64,000 bases of DNA from an uncultured Deinococcaceae bacterium (GTDB lineage: Bacteria; Deinococcota; Deinococci; Deinococcales; Deinococcaceae), in contig CAXULY010000024.1 of assembly GCA_964252075.1 (NCBI GenBank), positions 22,701-86,700 of the forward strand. The letters are read 5' to 3'. Made by a program: the position numbers and the translations under genes. Shown one piece after another: positions 21,795 through 32,067 of the stretch (its first letter is position 1; the number at the start of each line of letters is the position of its first letter). Under the pieces are notes generated by a model, which worked only from the letters and a program-made list of their open reading frames with translations, was not told where the DNA came from and ran no database searches.

Positions 21795-24700
21795 TCAGAG
21801 TGAATTTGGGTCCCAGGAGGTCACCTTGGAGAACTTTTGGTGTACCGCCGCCCTTGAGTTCAGAGGATCTCCACTCTCGCTCCTGACCTCATGTATGGCT
21901 CGTCCCGTCAGGGTTCGTTCACCCCATACAGCCCACACCACGCACAACTCGTGCTCCATAAGAAAGGGCTTCAGCACCTCCCTGCTCAGGTATGTGAAGG
22001 ACTGCTGGTCGTGCAGGTACTCCCCATGACCTACATAGATTGCCTGCACGACGCCCGCCGCATCGACAAAGTCGAAGCTGTGCGTGCGGCGCCGCAACCC
22101 CAGCGCCTCCACAAGGTGACGCGTGGGAACAGTAGCGTGCCATTCCGGGTTCGCTGCGCTCTTGTATGCAGGCCAGCTGCCGTCCTCTACAGGGACGTAA
22201 ACGTCGGTCCTTCGTTCCTCGACGTCGTCGCGTTCCACCATGACATCGTCGAGACGCCACTCGATCCCACGCCGCTCCAACTCCTGCGTGAGTGCCTGAT
22301 CCCACGCTTCGTCCGAGTCCTCCTCTCCCTCCAAGGGCTGCGCCGCCGCCAAAACATCCGCGCATTCCTCGTCCTCGATGGGAACACCGCCACGGTGCAG
22401 CACGAGGTGCTGCTCGACATCGTTCACCTTGCCGAGCACGCGCCGGAGCGTCACCTCAAACCACGGCCCTGCGTCACCGACTGGAAGGTCCGCCGCAAAC
22501 GCCTCCGAGGGGTTGCGTTGATGGGGCAGTTGAAGGTCGCGCGGCTCCTGCGCCTCCAGCAGGGAGATGAGCGTTGGAGCGTCGACCGCACGAACCAAGA
22601 ATGCGTGGATGAACGCGAGAAGCACGCGTCCCGACGACTCGTCCGTCTGGCGGACATGCCCATTGAGGGCGATCCACGGCCCCCCAGGCACGCTTTCCAG
22701 TTCTCCAAGCAGCACGTACGGCGTGACATTGGGCTCGCCGCCATCCACGATCCAGCCGGTGAAGTCTTGCTGAGGCTCACCGAGCCAGTCATCCCGGACG
22801 ACTTCGAGGGTGCGGGGCGCCTCCGGGAACGAGATGTCCACGTCGGAGAAGTCCAGCGCGCGGCGGTACTCTCCGAGCTCGCCGTCATCGAGCAACCTGC
22901 CAGCCAGTTCGTGAAAGGCAATCCACCCGTACTTCTTGCCGTAGCGTTCTGTCTTGTGCCCATCTGCGGAGCGATTGGAATGATCGCGGCGGGCGATTTC
23001 GAGGTCCATGTCTTTGAACAGCCGCCTGTCGTAGCCGAGCTCGTGGACCCGCCACAGGATTTGGCGACGGACGAGCTGGTACCCCGCATGGTCGTAGTTA
23101 TAGTTGCCCCGCTCGGGAACCAGAACACTCAGCGTGTAGTTCTCGAAGTCCATCTTCAGGACGTCATGCGCGTTGAACGCGTCGTCTTCGTCCTCGCGCG
23201 TGCCCAATAGTGGGCGCAGATCGTGTGGGTACGGCCCCGTCACACGCGTGAGCTCGGCTGGGTCGAGCAGGTTCGGGTGGTGCCGGAGGGCGGCGCGAAT
23301 GAGCCGCCGTGCGTACGACAGGGTGAGGACGTGCGTCGTCGCGGCCGGCGCCCCCTGCGCGAACACCTCTTTGAACACCAGCAGCGCGAGCCGCGGCAAT
23401 TCGCCGTGAATGAACGCACCATCGTGCTCCTGCTCGCGGGCTTCCGCAGCGCCTGATACGGCGGCGAGGACGCGCTCAACGACGTACGGGTCATTTACGG
23501 GGAGGAACCGTGCCAGGAGCGGGAGCAGCAGCGTGGGGTGCTGGTAGCCGAACCAGTGAAGGGCGCGCGTCGCCAAGTCCCGCAGCGGCCTGTGCGTCGT
23601 GGTGGGCGTCCATGCCACCCAGATGGCGCGCAGCAGCTCGGCCTCGTCGACGTCCGACCCGCCTCGCCAGCGGCCCTCTAGGTACTCAACATCGCTGAGC
23701 AGTCCTGCTGCATGTCGGCGTATCCACTCGGACCACGCGAGGTCACGCCGGGCGACTGACAACGCCGACAGGACGTCGTGCGTGAACTCCGCATTCAGCG
23801 GGTGCGTGGGCACGGCACGCGCCCGTCGCAGCTGATCGAACAGGCCCGGCAGCGCCGTTGGATTCCGCTTTGCGGTGACGCGTAACTCGTCGACCGTCAC
23901 GGGGTCAAGCAGATGTGGCTCAAGCTGAAGCGTCCCGGCGAGGGCGTTCATGCGAAGGGCGCCGTCCAGCACCCTCCACCACTGCTGCCCTCTGTGCAGG
24001 CGGGGTGTCAACCCCACCAGGGCTGTGAACACATCAGGTGCGAGTGTGTGCTGCTCCGGACCATATGTGAACGCGGCAACCGTGCGGGGTATGCGCGCCC
24101 AGCTTTCAAGGTCCAGAGGGCGCGTGGTGTGCAGGAGCGCCCTGGCCACGAGGTGCCCGGCGAGTCGGTCGTACACCACCATGACCCGCTGATCCAAGGA
24201 ACCTGGCTTGGCGGGTGCGCGCAGCAACAGGCGGCCCTGCTCCAATGCTCGCACGATGCTCGTGTCCCAGGACCTGTGTTGATCCCCGAGGACGCGCCGC
24301 AGATCAGACACCACCAAGGTCCGACTTCCAGTCTCCCACAGCTGACGACCGATTTCGACGAACGCCTGCTCCACGTCCTGCTGGTGGAGGCGCTGGTACG
24401 GGGGAGAGAGCGCCGCAGTCCGCTCGGCAACCTGCTGGAGGAAGCGATCATACAATGCGGTGAGTGACGTCGGCATGGCCTCCATCCCCACCACGCGCTC
24501 GCGGGAGGGATTGGTGACCTCGCAGTACAGCCGCAGCGTCAGCGGTTCTTGCAGCATGTCCAGCGGGACCTCGGCGTCCCCGGGGTCGATTCGGTAGTGG
24601 GTGAAGTACCGCCTGACCGCCTCCTCGGTGTCCTCGGCGAAGCCGGAGATGTTGATGCTTGCTGTTTCGAGTGGCAGGGCGTCGTCCACGAAACCAGGGC

Positions 24701-26021
24701 GGACTGTGACGACGACGAGCACGTATGGGTACGCTGTGAGCACGACCCGGAGGGAGGCCAGTAACCCCTGCCACACGCGTGGGTCCTCCGCCTCGTTCAG
24801 GCCGTCGATGACGAGGGGCACGCGTCGTCCCGCACGTCGTCCCGCCGCGTCAAGCGCGGCGACGAGCGCTTCCATGGACGCGACTGGACGTCCATGGATC
24901 ACGACACCGCGAGCGAGGTCGTCAAGCGTCTGCCGAGCCGCGAGAGCATGGCCGTGCAGGAGGAGACCTGCGGGCCGCCTCTCCTCGGGAAGGGAGACGG
25001 AGACGGCCAGTTCCGTCTTTCCGTGGCCCGCCTCAGCTGTGACGCTGACCAACCCCAGGTTGACGTGCCGCAAGAGGTCCTTGTAGATCTCTCGGGCCTC
25101 TTGCACATCAGCAATGAGGTTCGTGGCGAACAGTGCGTGAGCGAGGCGCAGGGTTCGGAGGCGGCGAGGTAGCGCGCGCTCCTCGGCGCTCAAGTTTTGA
25201 GGGAGGGACGTGAGGACTGTCCTGACGCGCTCAAGGTCCCCCTCTTCAAGCCAATGCCGCGCGTCGCAGAGCATCGTCACGTGCTCGGCTGCCTTGTCGA
25301 GTAGCCCCTCGACCGTAGCAGTATGCACCGCTGACAAGTCTGGCAGTCCGCGCAGCCCATCTGCTGATGCCTGCACGACATCAGCCTGTGTGGCAAGATC
25401 GGTCCACGCGTTCGGGGCGGCGAGTACTGTCCTCAGGACCGACTCGGCCTGGACGACTTGGTGTACCTCGGGCTGCCACCGCGCCCCAATCGGGGCGACT
25501 GCGCGCTCGTGCAGCGCTTGGAGGGTTGTAGGGGTGAGGACGAGTTCACCGAAGTACGTGGCCCGGAGGATGTCCGCCTCGCCGCTCAGGTGCTCCTCAA
25601 CCTCGGCTGAGGTCCACGCGTGCAATCTGACCTGTGTCGGCAGGGTTTGGAACCAATCTTGGTCACCTTCTGTGAGAGGGTGCCGCGTCCAAAGTACCCA
25701 GTCCGTCAGCCCGGGCAGTTCCCGTTCGCTGGTCGCGAGGGCTTCGGCGATCTTGTTCCGGCGTGTCGTACCGATCGCTCTGCCCGATGGAAGGTCGTAC
25801 CAGCGGCACTGCCAACCGTACCTTCTGCCTGGTGCGCCCAGGGAGCAGTTCTGATCAAGGATGAGGTCGAACTCTACACCGGCCTGTGAGGCGAGGGCAG
25901 TGAAGCGACCGTAGCGGGCGTAGTGACGGCGGACGAGAGCGCGGCACAGCATCTCGAAGTTCGTGGTGGTGGCGCCTGGCAGCCCCACAAAGACGTCCCA
26001 GTTCAGCGCTGGCACCGTCAA
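21795..26021 (-). CDS. Large STAND/NACHT-like NTPase, AVAST (Avs2-like) architecture with N-terminal restriction-endonuclease-like domain
   Basis: 1408 aa. N-terminal FEMLC..AGVEF..YGWQCRW; Walker A AEAGHGKT; Walker B PLVIDGLNE; PLTLRLYC winged-helix motif; NDPYVVERV and ERYGKKYGWIAFHE C-terminal motifs. Confidence 0.75.
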   Translation of the reverse strand: MTVPALNWDVFVGLPGATTTNFEMLCRALVRRHYARYGRFTALASQAGVEFDLILDQNCSLGAPGRRYGWQCRWYDLPSGRAIGTTRRNKIAEALATSERELPGLTDWVLWTRHPLTEGDQDWFQTLPTQVRLHAWTSAEVEEHLSGEADILRATYFGELVLTPTTLQALHERAVAPIGARWQPEVHQVVQAESVLRTVLAAPNAWTDLATQADVVQASADGLRGLPDLSAVHTATVEGLLDKAAEHVTMLCDARHWLEEGDLERVRTVLTSLPQNLSAEERALPRRLRTLRLAHALFATNLIADVQEAREIYKDLLRHVNLGLVSVTAEAGHGKTELAVSVSLPEERRPAGLLLHGHALAARQTLDDLARGVVIHGRPVASMEALVAALDAAGRRAGRRVPLVIDGLNEAEDPRVWQGLLASLRVVLTAYPYVLVVVTVRPGFVDDALPLETASINISGFAEDTEEAVRRYFTHYRIDPGDAEVPLDMLQEPLTLRLYCEVTNPSRERVVGMEAMPTSLTALYDRFLQQVAERTAALSPPYQRLHQQDVEQAFVEIGRQLWETGSRTLVVSDLRRVLGDQHRSWDTSIVRALEQGRLLLRAPAKPGSLDQRVMVVYDRLAGHLVARALLHTTRPLDLESWARIPRTVAAFTYGPEQHTLAPDVFTALVGLTPRLHRGQQWWRVLDGALRMNALAGTLQLEPHLLDPVTVDELRVTAKRNPTALPGLFDQLRRARAVPTHPLNAEFTHDVLSALSVARRDLAWSEWIRRHAAGLLSDVEYLEGRWRGGSDVDEAELLRAIWVAWTPTTTHRPLRDLATRALHWFGYQHPTLLLPLLARFLPVNDPYVVERVLAAVSGAAEAREQEHDGAFIHGELPRLALLVFKEVFAQGAPAATTHVLTLSYARRLIRAALRHHPNLLDPAELTRVTGPYPHDLRPLLGTREDEDDAFNAHDVLKMDFENYTLSVLVPERGNYNYDHAGYQLVRRQILWRVHELGYDRRLFKDMDLEIARRDHSNRSADGHKTERYGKKYGWIAFHELAGRLLDDGELGEYRRALDFSDVDISFPEAPRTLEVVRDDWLGEPQQDFTGWIVDGGEPNVTPYVLLGELESVPGGPWIALNGHVRQTDESSGRVLLAFIHAFLVRAVDAPTLISLLEAQEPRDLQLPHQRNPSEAFAADLPVGDAGPWFEVTLRRVLGKVNDVEQHLVLHRGGVPIEDEECADVLAAAQPLEGEEDSDEAWDQALTQELERRGIEWRLDDVMVERDDVEERRTDVYVPVEDGSWPAYKSAANPEWHATVPTRHLVEALGLRRRTHSFDFVDAAGVVQAIYVGHGEYLHDQQSFTYLSREVLKPFLMEHELCVVWAVWGERTLTGRAIHEVRSESGDPLNSRAAVHQKFSKVTSWDPNSL

Positions 26022-26434
26022 CTTCCGCTGGTCTGGCGTCCGTGTTCGCTTGGGTAGTTGTGTGCGGAGAACACCTCGACGCGCGCGCCCTTGTCCACGA
26101 AAACCTTCAAGAACGCGGAGAACTCACTCTCCTCGGTGGTCAGGATCAGGTCCGCGCCATCGCGCGCCATCTGGTGCTCGTACACAAATTGCTCAAGTTC
26201 CTGAGGTGTCACGAGGATGAAGTTCCGATCCATCATGAACGTCAGCATCTCGTCGGGGAATCGCTGGGTGGGCTCCCCTACAGTGATCACGCCCTCGTCG
26301 ACGCTCTTTTGCACGTGTCCGACGAGTTCGTCGATCAACTGCTTGGCCTGCTCAGCGTCATCGGCGCTCTTGAAGTGCCCGATCATCACAAGGTTCATTG
26401 AGTGTTCGGAGCCGTAGCCGTTCCAGACTTTCAT
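26018..26434 (-). CDS. DUF6375-like protein
   Basis: MKVWNGYGSEHSMNLVMIGHF N-terminus; ATGA and TTGA overlaps with both neighbours. Confidence 0.7.
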   Translation of the reverse strand: MKVWNGYGSEHSMNLVMIGHFKSADDAEQAKQLIDELVGHVQKSVDEGVITVGEPTQRFPDEMLTFMMDRNFILVTPQELEQFVYEHQMARDGADLILTTEESEFSAFLKVFVDKGARVEVFSAHNYPSEHGRQTSGS

Positions 26435-27339
26435 GCCTTACCTCTGGGAAGGGTGGACCGGAGAACCGCGAGGGCTCCGAGCAGAGTGGCATTCCCAATG
26501 GGAATGCGGTGTGTGGCGAACGACGACGCGCTCAGTTCGCCATGGGCGTTGACATGGACATACGCGTCAAGTCCCTTCTCGTGGACGAGGGGCCGACAGA
26601 CGGGCAGGCCGTCGGCGTTGGCCTCACTCACCGCGAGTGGAACTGGGCCGCGGTAGGCCCGAACCCAAGCATTTAGAGCCTGCGTTGTGCTTGCGTCGGT
26701 CCCGGCGCGTCCAGGCGTGGCCTGTTCAGGGAGCAGCAGCAGCTCGCGCGCCCCGAGTTCCGCCGCGATGTCGGCGACGTCCGAGAGTGTCTTCATGGTC
26801 TCGTGGTTCACCACAACGTTCAACCCGATGGGTGAGATGATGGCGGCGTCACGGGCGCGCGTCAGGAAAGCCGAGAAGGGACGCCCCCGGTTCGACTCGT
26901 ACGTTCGGTGCGTGCCGTCCATGCTAAGTCGCAGGAAGTGCACGTGACCGTCGAGTGTCGCGAGCAGTTCCCGAGTGAGGTGATGGCCGTGCGTGGTGAA
27001 GGTCACGGCGAGTGTGGTCTGCTGCGTCGCAAAGCGGCAGAGCTCGGCGAACGCAGGGTGAAGCGTCGGTTCGCCGCCACCGAAGCCGACGCCGAGGCAC
27101 CCGTGCTCGTCCAACTCCGTCAGCCAGAACTGCACCCTGTTCACATCCAGTCGCGCTGGGGTTTTTGGAGCGTAACAGTACGGGCATTTCAGGTCACAGG
27201 CGTTGGTGAGCGCAATGGACACTTGGCGTGGCGCAAGCGAGTAACCGGAAGAATTAGGGGTCACCTCATCAAAGAGGACATTCCAACCAGAACGTCGGTC
27301 GAAGAGATGCATCCCATCAGGACTCCGCCGGATCTTCAC
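26431..27339 (-). CDS. Radical SAM enzyme (no SPASM domain)
   Basis: CDLKCPYC (CxxxCxxC), GGGEPTLHP, TTHG, LSMDG. Confidence 0.92.
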   Translation of the reverse strand: MKIRRSPDGMHLFDRRSGWNVLFDEVTPNSSGYSLAPRQVSIALTNACDLKCPYCYAPKTPARLDVNRVQFWLTELDEHGCLGVGFGGGEPTLHPAFAELCRFATQQTTLAVTFTTHGHHLTRELLATLDGHVHFLRLSMDGTHRTYESNRGRPFSAFLTRARDAAIISPIGLNVVVNHETMKTLSDVADIAAELGARELLLLPEQATPGRAGTDASTTQALNAWVRAYRGPVPLAVSEANADGLPVCRPLVHEKGLDAYVHVNAHGELSASSFATHRIPIGNATLLGALAVLRSTLPRGKA

Positions 27340-27563
27340 GGCCGACGCACCTTAAGCTGCTGGATTTTCACAGGAGGCCAAGGCACCGTCGGGGAGCACC
27401 GTTGAAGTTCTGCCCGCAAGTGACGATGGTGTTTCACCTGTTGAGGTGGATCGGTTTGCAACGTGAAGCTGTCTTCGATTCCGTTCGGCACCTGCTGGAT
27501 GAGGCTTGGCTCGATGCCATGGGTGATCTTCGTTGCCTTGTAGGATTCATCGGCATTGATCAC
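27336..27563 (-). CDS. Small hypothetical protein (~75 aa), first gene of the radical SAM operon
   Basis: AGGAG RBS 7 nt before GTG 27563 (MINADESYKATKITHG...); stop overlaps the radical SAM start (GTGA). Confidence 0.6.
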   Translation of the reverse strand: MINADESYKATKITHGIEPSLIQQVPNGIEDSFTLQTDPPQQVKHHRHLRAELQRCSPTVPWPPVKIQQLKVRRP

Positions 27564-27739
27564 AACACCACTCCTGCTCATCAATGGACTGAGATTGGGC
27601 ATCAAGGGGGTGCTGGATGTAGCGGCAATCTTGGAGTGCATGCCAGGCAGGGCCATGGATAGGGCATTTTAGGCCATTTGTTTGGTGGGGGCTGCGTGGC
27701 GAGCAAGAACACGGTCCTCGGCTTCTGAGGTAGCAGTAG

Positions 27740-28041
27740 GTGTGCATCAGCGCCTGCTGTTGGGCCTGACCGACACGCAAGAGCTCGACGAAATTGCCGC
27801 GTATGGTGATGTGCTGGGCGCGCTGTACCCTCGCACCCTCCTGTACCTCATCTCGAACGCTTTGGAAGGGCACCGCGATGTGCCCGTCCTCGGCATGCAG
27901 ACGTTTTTGATGGACACGAAATTCGGTACGGAGCGCGCCGCCTTTAGTGAAGTTTACTGGGTTCCGGCGACCATGGACAACCACGAAATTAACCGGCATT
28001 CGCACGGGGGCTTTTCAAGGAACGCCGACATCATCGAATAG
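27740..28041 (+). pseudogene. Probable C-terminal fragment of a hydrolase-like gene
   Basis: LLYLISNALE..PVLGMQ...HGGFS segment without a clear start. Confidence 0.3.
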
Positions 28042-28464
28042 ATCAACCGCCAACTGCCACCGCGCCAGTAGTGCCCCGGCTCCGCTGCTGCTCTCAACCG
28101 TGACAGTGATAATGTTCCCCTTCCCGTGCCTACTCATCAATCCGTCGAGCGCTGAGGAAAGCGCTCGACGGGGTTGCAGAGCCGCGCTGAGGGAGGTTTC
28201 TTGGGGAGCGCTCGCCTGGGCGGCCAGCAAGCCCACGACGTTCAGCGCCAACTTCATGTAATTCACCGGATGCAGGCGCTGCCACAATCCCTCGACACTT
28301 GGGCAATCCCCTCACGACCGACCAGCGCGGCACGGCGTGCCCGCGAGGCGGTGTCCGTGCCGTCAAGCAGCAGCAGGGCCGGTCCTAGAGCGCTGTCTCA
28401 TTGGACAAGATGGATGTGATCCGGGACGCATCACAAGCAAGGCCCCGCGGACGGCGCGCTCAAC

Positions 28465-29142
28465 TCACACCTCCGGAATGTCAGCAGGTTCGATAAGGGT
28501 GCATACCCGCGCGGCGTCCGGGACGGTGATGAACACCGGCTTCGACGGATCCTCCACCTGCCAGTAGAACCGCACCTCCTCCTGGTACGCGTAAGCGTCC
28601 GTTTTCACGAAACCGGGGTGCACGTGCCGCGACTCCCACTCAAAGGTTCTGGAAGAATAGTACTGGCAGGGCCCCCAGCCCATATTCGATGCGATTCGGC
28701 CAGCCTGAAGGTGCAGGCCGAGCGCGATCGCCTGCGTGTACGCCAGTGGGTCATCGATGCGGATGACGGTGTTCCCGAAATCCGTGAGCATCCGCCTCGA
28801 CAGCACGCGGCTGGTGGACTGGATGAACGCGGGATTCGCGACGCGAGTGTCGACCCACACGTCGTTCCGGAAAAGTATGTGCGCGCCGTTGTCCAGGTTC
28901 CCCCGCGCGGCCTGCTCCCGCAGCGGCGCTGGGGTTTCCGGCGTGACGATACCGGTGTGGTAGTAATCCCCACGCTGCACGTAGGTGCCCTCGGTATACC
29001 CTTCTTGGTCGTCCCCGATCGCCGTGCCTAACGCCTCAATGTCCTGGGAGTACGAGAGCTGCGCGAGTCGCATGTGGCCCGTCTCCAGGAACTCTCTAAT
29101 GTACTGCTCTTCGGAGTACCGGTACAACACTGAGTTATCCAT
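28465..29142 (-). CDS. DUF2971-like protein with an R-S-E ADP-ribosyltransferase-like signature
   Basis: LYRY ... FIQSTS ... K..AYAYQEEVRF. Confidence 0.55.
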   Translation of the reverse strand: MDNSVLYRYSEEQYIREFLETGHMRLAQLSYSQDIEALGTAIGDDQEGYTEGTYVQRGDYYHTGIVTPETPAPLREQAARGNLDNGAHILFRNDVWVDTRVANPAFIQSTSRVLSRRMLTDFGNTVIRIDDPLAYTQAIALGLHLQAGRIASNMGWGPCQYYSSRTFEWESRHVHPGFVKTDAYAYQEEVRFYWQVEDPSKPVFITVPDAARVCTLIEPADIPEV

Positions 29143-29423
29143 TCCGCTCCAATCAGGCGCTTTGCACCTCAAAGCAAGCACTCCACACCGCTTGTAGTAA
29201 AAATCACAAGCTCGCCTCATGCGGTGATGGCACTTACGTTTCTGTCGGCTTTAAGCTTGGTGCGTCCGCCTCACGCACCACCTTCACCTGCGTGATCGCC
29301 GTCAGGTCCTTAAGGCGTTCATGATGCCCGGTCGTTCTATAACCACGTCCTTACGTTCCCTCCTCCGTACCACCAGGTGTACCCTGCACCCACCCCGCAC
29401 ATCACCAAGAGGAACACCCCGGC

Positions 29424-30289
29424 ATGACTCGCGAAGAAGCCCGCAGCGTCTGCCTTACCTGCCTCGAAACGCTCATTGAGGAAGCCCACGACCTCGACCT
29501 GTCCGTCGCCACGTTTGTCAGCTACGACGATGACGGCGACTTGAACACCCGATAGCGCGCGAATCACGCCGACCCGCGCATCCTCGAAAGCATCATGTTC
29601 GGCGCCCACCGCCACCTCACCGGCGAACACCTTCAGCTCCCCACTCCCAGCGCCGATGACCTCAACTGAGAAGCGAGACCCGTATGGCTTACGGTTACGC
29701 CCGCCTCCTCAACGCCCACCTCCCTGACCTGCACGTCAAGATGCGCGATTACCATCGCCCCGACGAGCGCCCCAGCTGGCTCACCCGCGAACCTCGTGAC
29801 GACACGAAATTCCACCTAGAGAAACTCAACGTGGAACCCGATCCCAAAGACGACACGCACCTCCTCGTCGGGTACTACGTCGAGAAAGGCCGCGGGCCGA
29901 ACCATGACGAACCCGAAGGGATCGTCGCGCCGCACTGGGACTGACATCACCTCGTACGCCGCGCCCAGACCGGTGAGCTCGACAAGCGTGCCCGGCAGGC
30001 CCTCAAACTCGCCGGGACGGAACTGCGCGTCGCCGTCGCCCTCGACGACCGCAGCGACACCGCCTGGTACACCTACAATGGCACCTTCATCCCGGACGTG
30101 GACGCGCACGTTCGAATCGCCCAGCACCTCGGTACGCCCGAAAGCTTCAAGGACCTCCTCGCCCTGCCCGGCATCGAAAACGACTGGGTGGACTTCCTCA
30201 TCGTCACGCGCATCACTAAGGACACCCCCGCCACCTGGAGTGCCGAGCACCTCGCCAAGCCCTGGCTGCCCTGGGTGATGGGCAGGTAG
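29424..30289 (+). CDS. Cluster of three small hypothetical ORFs
   Basis: MTREEARSVCL.., MAYGYARLLNA.. (29684-29944) and ..DAHVRIAQHLG..LPWVMGR; C-rich codon usage. Confidence 0.4.
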
Positions 30290-31298
30290 CCCCGAGTATC
30301 CACAGGAGCAGAGCAACCATGCGGTGCTACCTCACGGGTAGATCATCCAACTCAGCCAAATAGTTGTCCCGCCGATGTCTGCGGGTTTCCACCGCCCCGT
30401 GCCCAGCCCCAACCGCACGTGCGATGCCTCGTGGCACGGCCACGGCATTCCCCAGACGCCGTGGCCATGCCCTTCCGGTCACCCGTGGTGCTGCGCCAGC
30501 AGGGTCAGCCTGCGATCAATCCACACGCCGATCATGGACCCTAGCAGCATTAGGACCAGCACGACCCAGTAGTCCTGGCGCTCCCGTGTCATGGCGCGAG
30601 CCGCCGACACTCCTGCATGGTGCGCTTCAGCCTCCCGTCCGTGCAGTCCACCTGCTTGCCCGCCTCGGTGATGGTGTACATCGCCCTCATCTGCTCTTCC
30701 AGCAGGTGCTGCCCCTCTGTCAGCACTTCCCGGTACCCGTTCAGCTCCGCGTCCAACTGCCTCAGCACGCCCTGCATTCGCCCCTCGAAAGTGGCCAGCG
30801 CCTCCTTCATGCACGCCTCCACACCCGTCACCACCTGCTGCGCGTCGTGCGCCACCCCAAGCACCTGGTCCTCTGCCTGCCGCAGCACCGGCGAGGTGGA
30901 CGGGAGGCCCTCCTCAGGGAGGATCCAGAGTGCCACCAGCGCGTCACGCAACGCCGCCTCGAATGGCACGCCCCGGTGCGAGCGCGCCTGCGCCCGCTGC
31001 AACACCCCGAAGATCCCCTTGGATCTCGGGTGCCCCGAGTACGAATCCCTCCTGCTGCAGCGCCTGACGCGCGCCGCACCGTGCTGCACCTTGCGCGCGA
31101 CCTGCCGATCAACGCGAACGAGGCGGCCGCGACGCTCGAACGCGCCGCCATCAACCAGAAGTGCCGCGCCCGCAACATCGGGGGAGTGTGCGTCTTTCAG
31201 CACCTCGCCACCGCCTGAGCGGCCGCCGGCACCCTGCGGCCCAGTGCGCGTCACCGGGCCGCATTGATCCAACCGTTGCCCGCGTGTGCAGTGAAGTC

Positions 31299-31792
31299 AT
31301 GTCAACTTCTCCCCCGGACGCGCTGCGCGTGATGCTCCTGAGCGACGACGACCGCAGCGAACTGCGCAGCACCCGCCCGCTCATCACCGACCACGGCCTC
31401 GCCGACCTCACCGAAGCGCTCTTCCGGCAGGCGCTCGACGACCACGCCCCCTGGGTCGCTACGACCGCCCCACCCTGCTGCAACAACCCGGCGGCCTCCT
31501 CCACGCCGTGGGCGACCTGGTGGACGGCCTGACGGAACGGCCCGATTCTGAGCAGCCCGATCTCTTTCAGCTGGCGCTGGACCTCGGGCGGCGCCACCCG
31601 AACGCCAGCGCGGACGCGTGCCGCTCCGCCGACGCGCTCACCGCGGCGCTGGACGGCGCGCTCGGCATGGCCTTCACGCAGGAAGCGCAGATGGCCTGGG
31701 GTCGCGTGACGGCGCTGATCATCACGGCCCTCGACCTGGGCGGCCAGCTGCGCGGCACACCTCCGCGCGCCGCACCGGGGGTGGTGGCGTGA
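31299..31792 (+). pseudogene. Globin-like protein, frameshifted near 31470
   Basis: LSDDDRSELRST...LTEALF / LGRRH...ALTAAL..ALGMAFTQEAQMAWGRV globin helix pattern. Confidence 0.55.
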
Positions 31793-32061
31793 CCGGCGCG
31801 TTGATCTTCAGCATGCAGGTGCAGGTCGGCGAGCAGCAGCTCGCGAACCTCGTGCAGGCCATGAGCCTCGAGCAGCACGCGGACCAGCTGCACGTGTTCG
31901 ACGCGGCAAAGCGGCCGCTCGGGCAGCTGCACCTGCAGGGCGCCACCGTCCAACACGCGCAGCACTGGTCCGAGACGGGCGCCGAGGTCTTCGTGCACCT
32001 GCTGCTGGACCGCACCGCGACGCGCGTCGACGCGCCCCTGGACGACATCCCGGACGCTTAA
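31789..32061 (+). CDS. Hypothetical protein
   Basis: GTGA-coupled to the globin-like gene. Confidence 0.4.
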   Translation: MTGALIFSMQVQVGEQQLANLVQAMSLEQHADQLHVFDAAKRPLGQLHLQGATVQHAQHWSETGAEVFVHLLLDRTATRVDAPLDDIPDA

Positions 32062-32067
32062 GTCACG

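Noticed and set aside
26431..27339. Radical SAM considered as a prokaryotic viperin or RiPP SPASM maturase
   Set aside because: I do not see viperin-type motifs around the CxxxCxxC, and there is no C-terminal Cys-rich SPASM/twitch domain; left unassigned.
30617..31267. Cys-rich plus-strand ORF considered as a metallothionein or RiPP precursor
   Set aside because: The Cys/Ser richness is what the antisense of a Gln/Glu-rich helical minus-strand ORF produces; no RBS or motif support.
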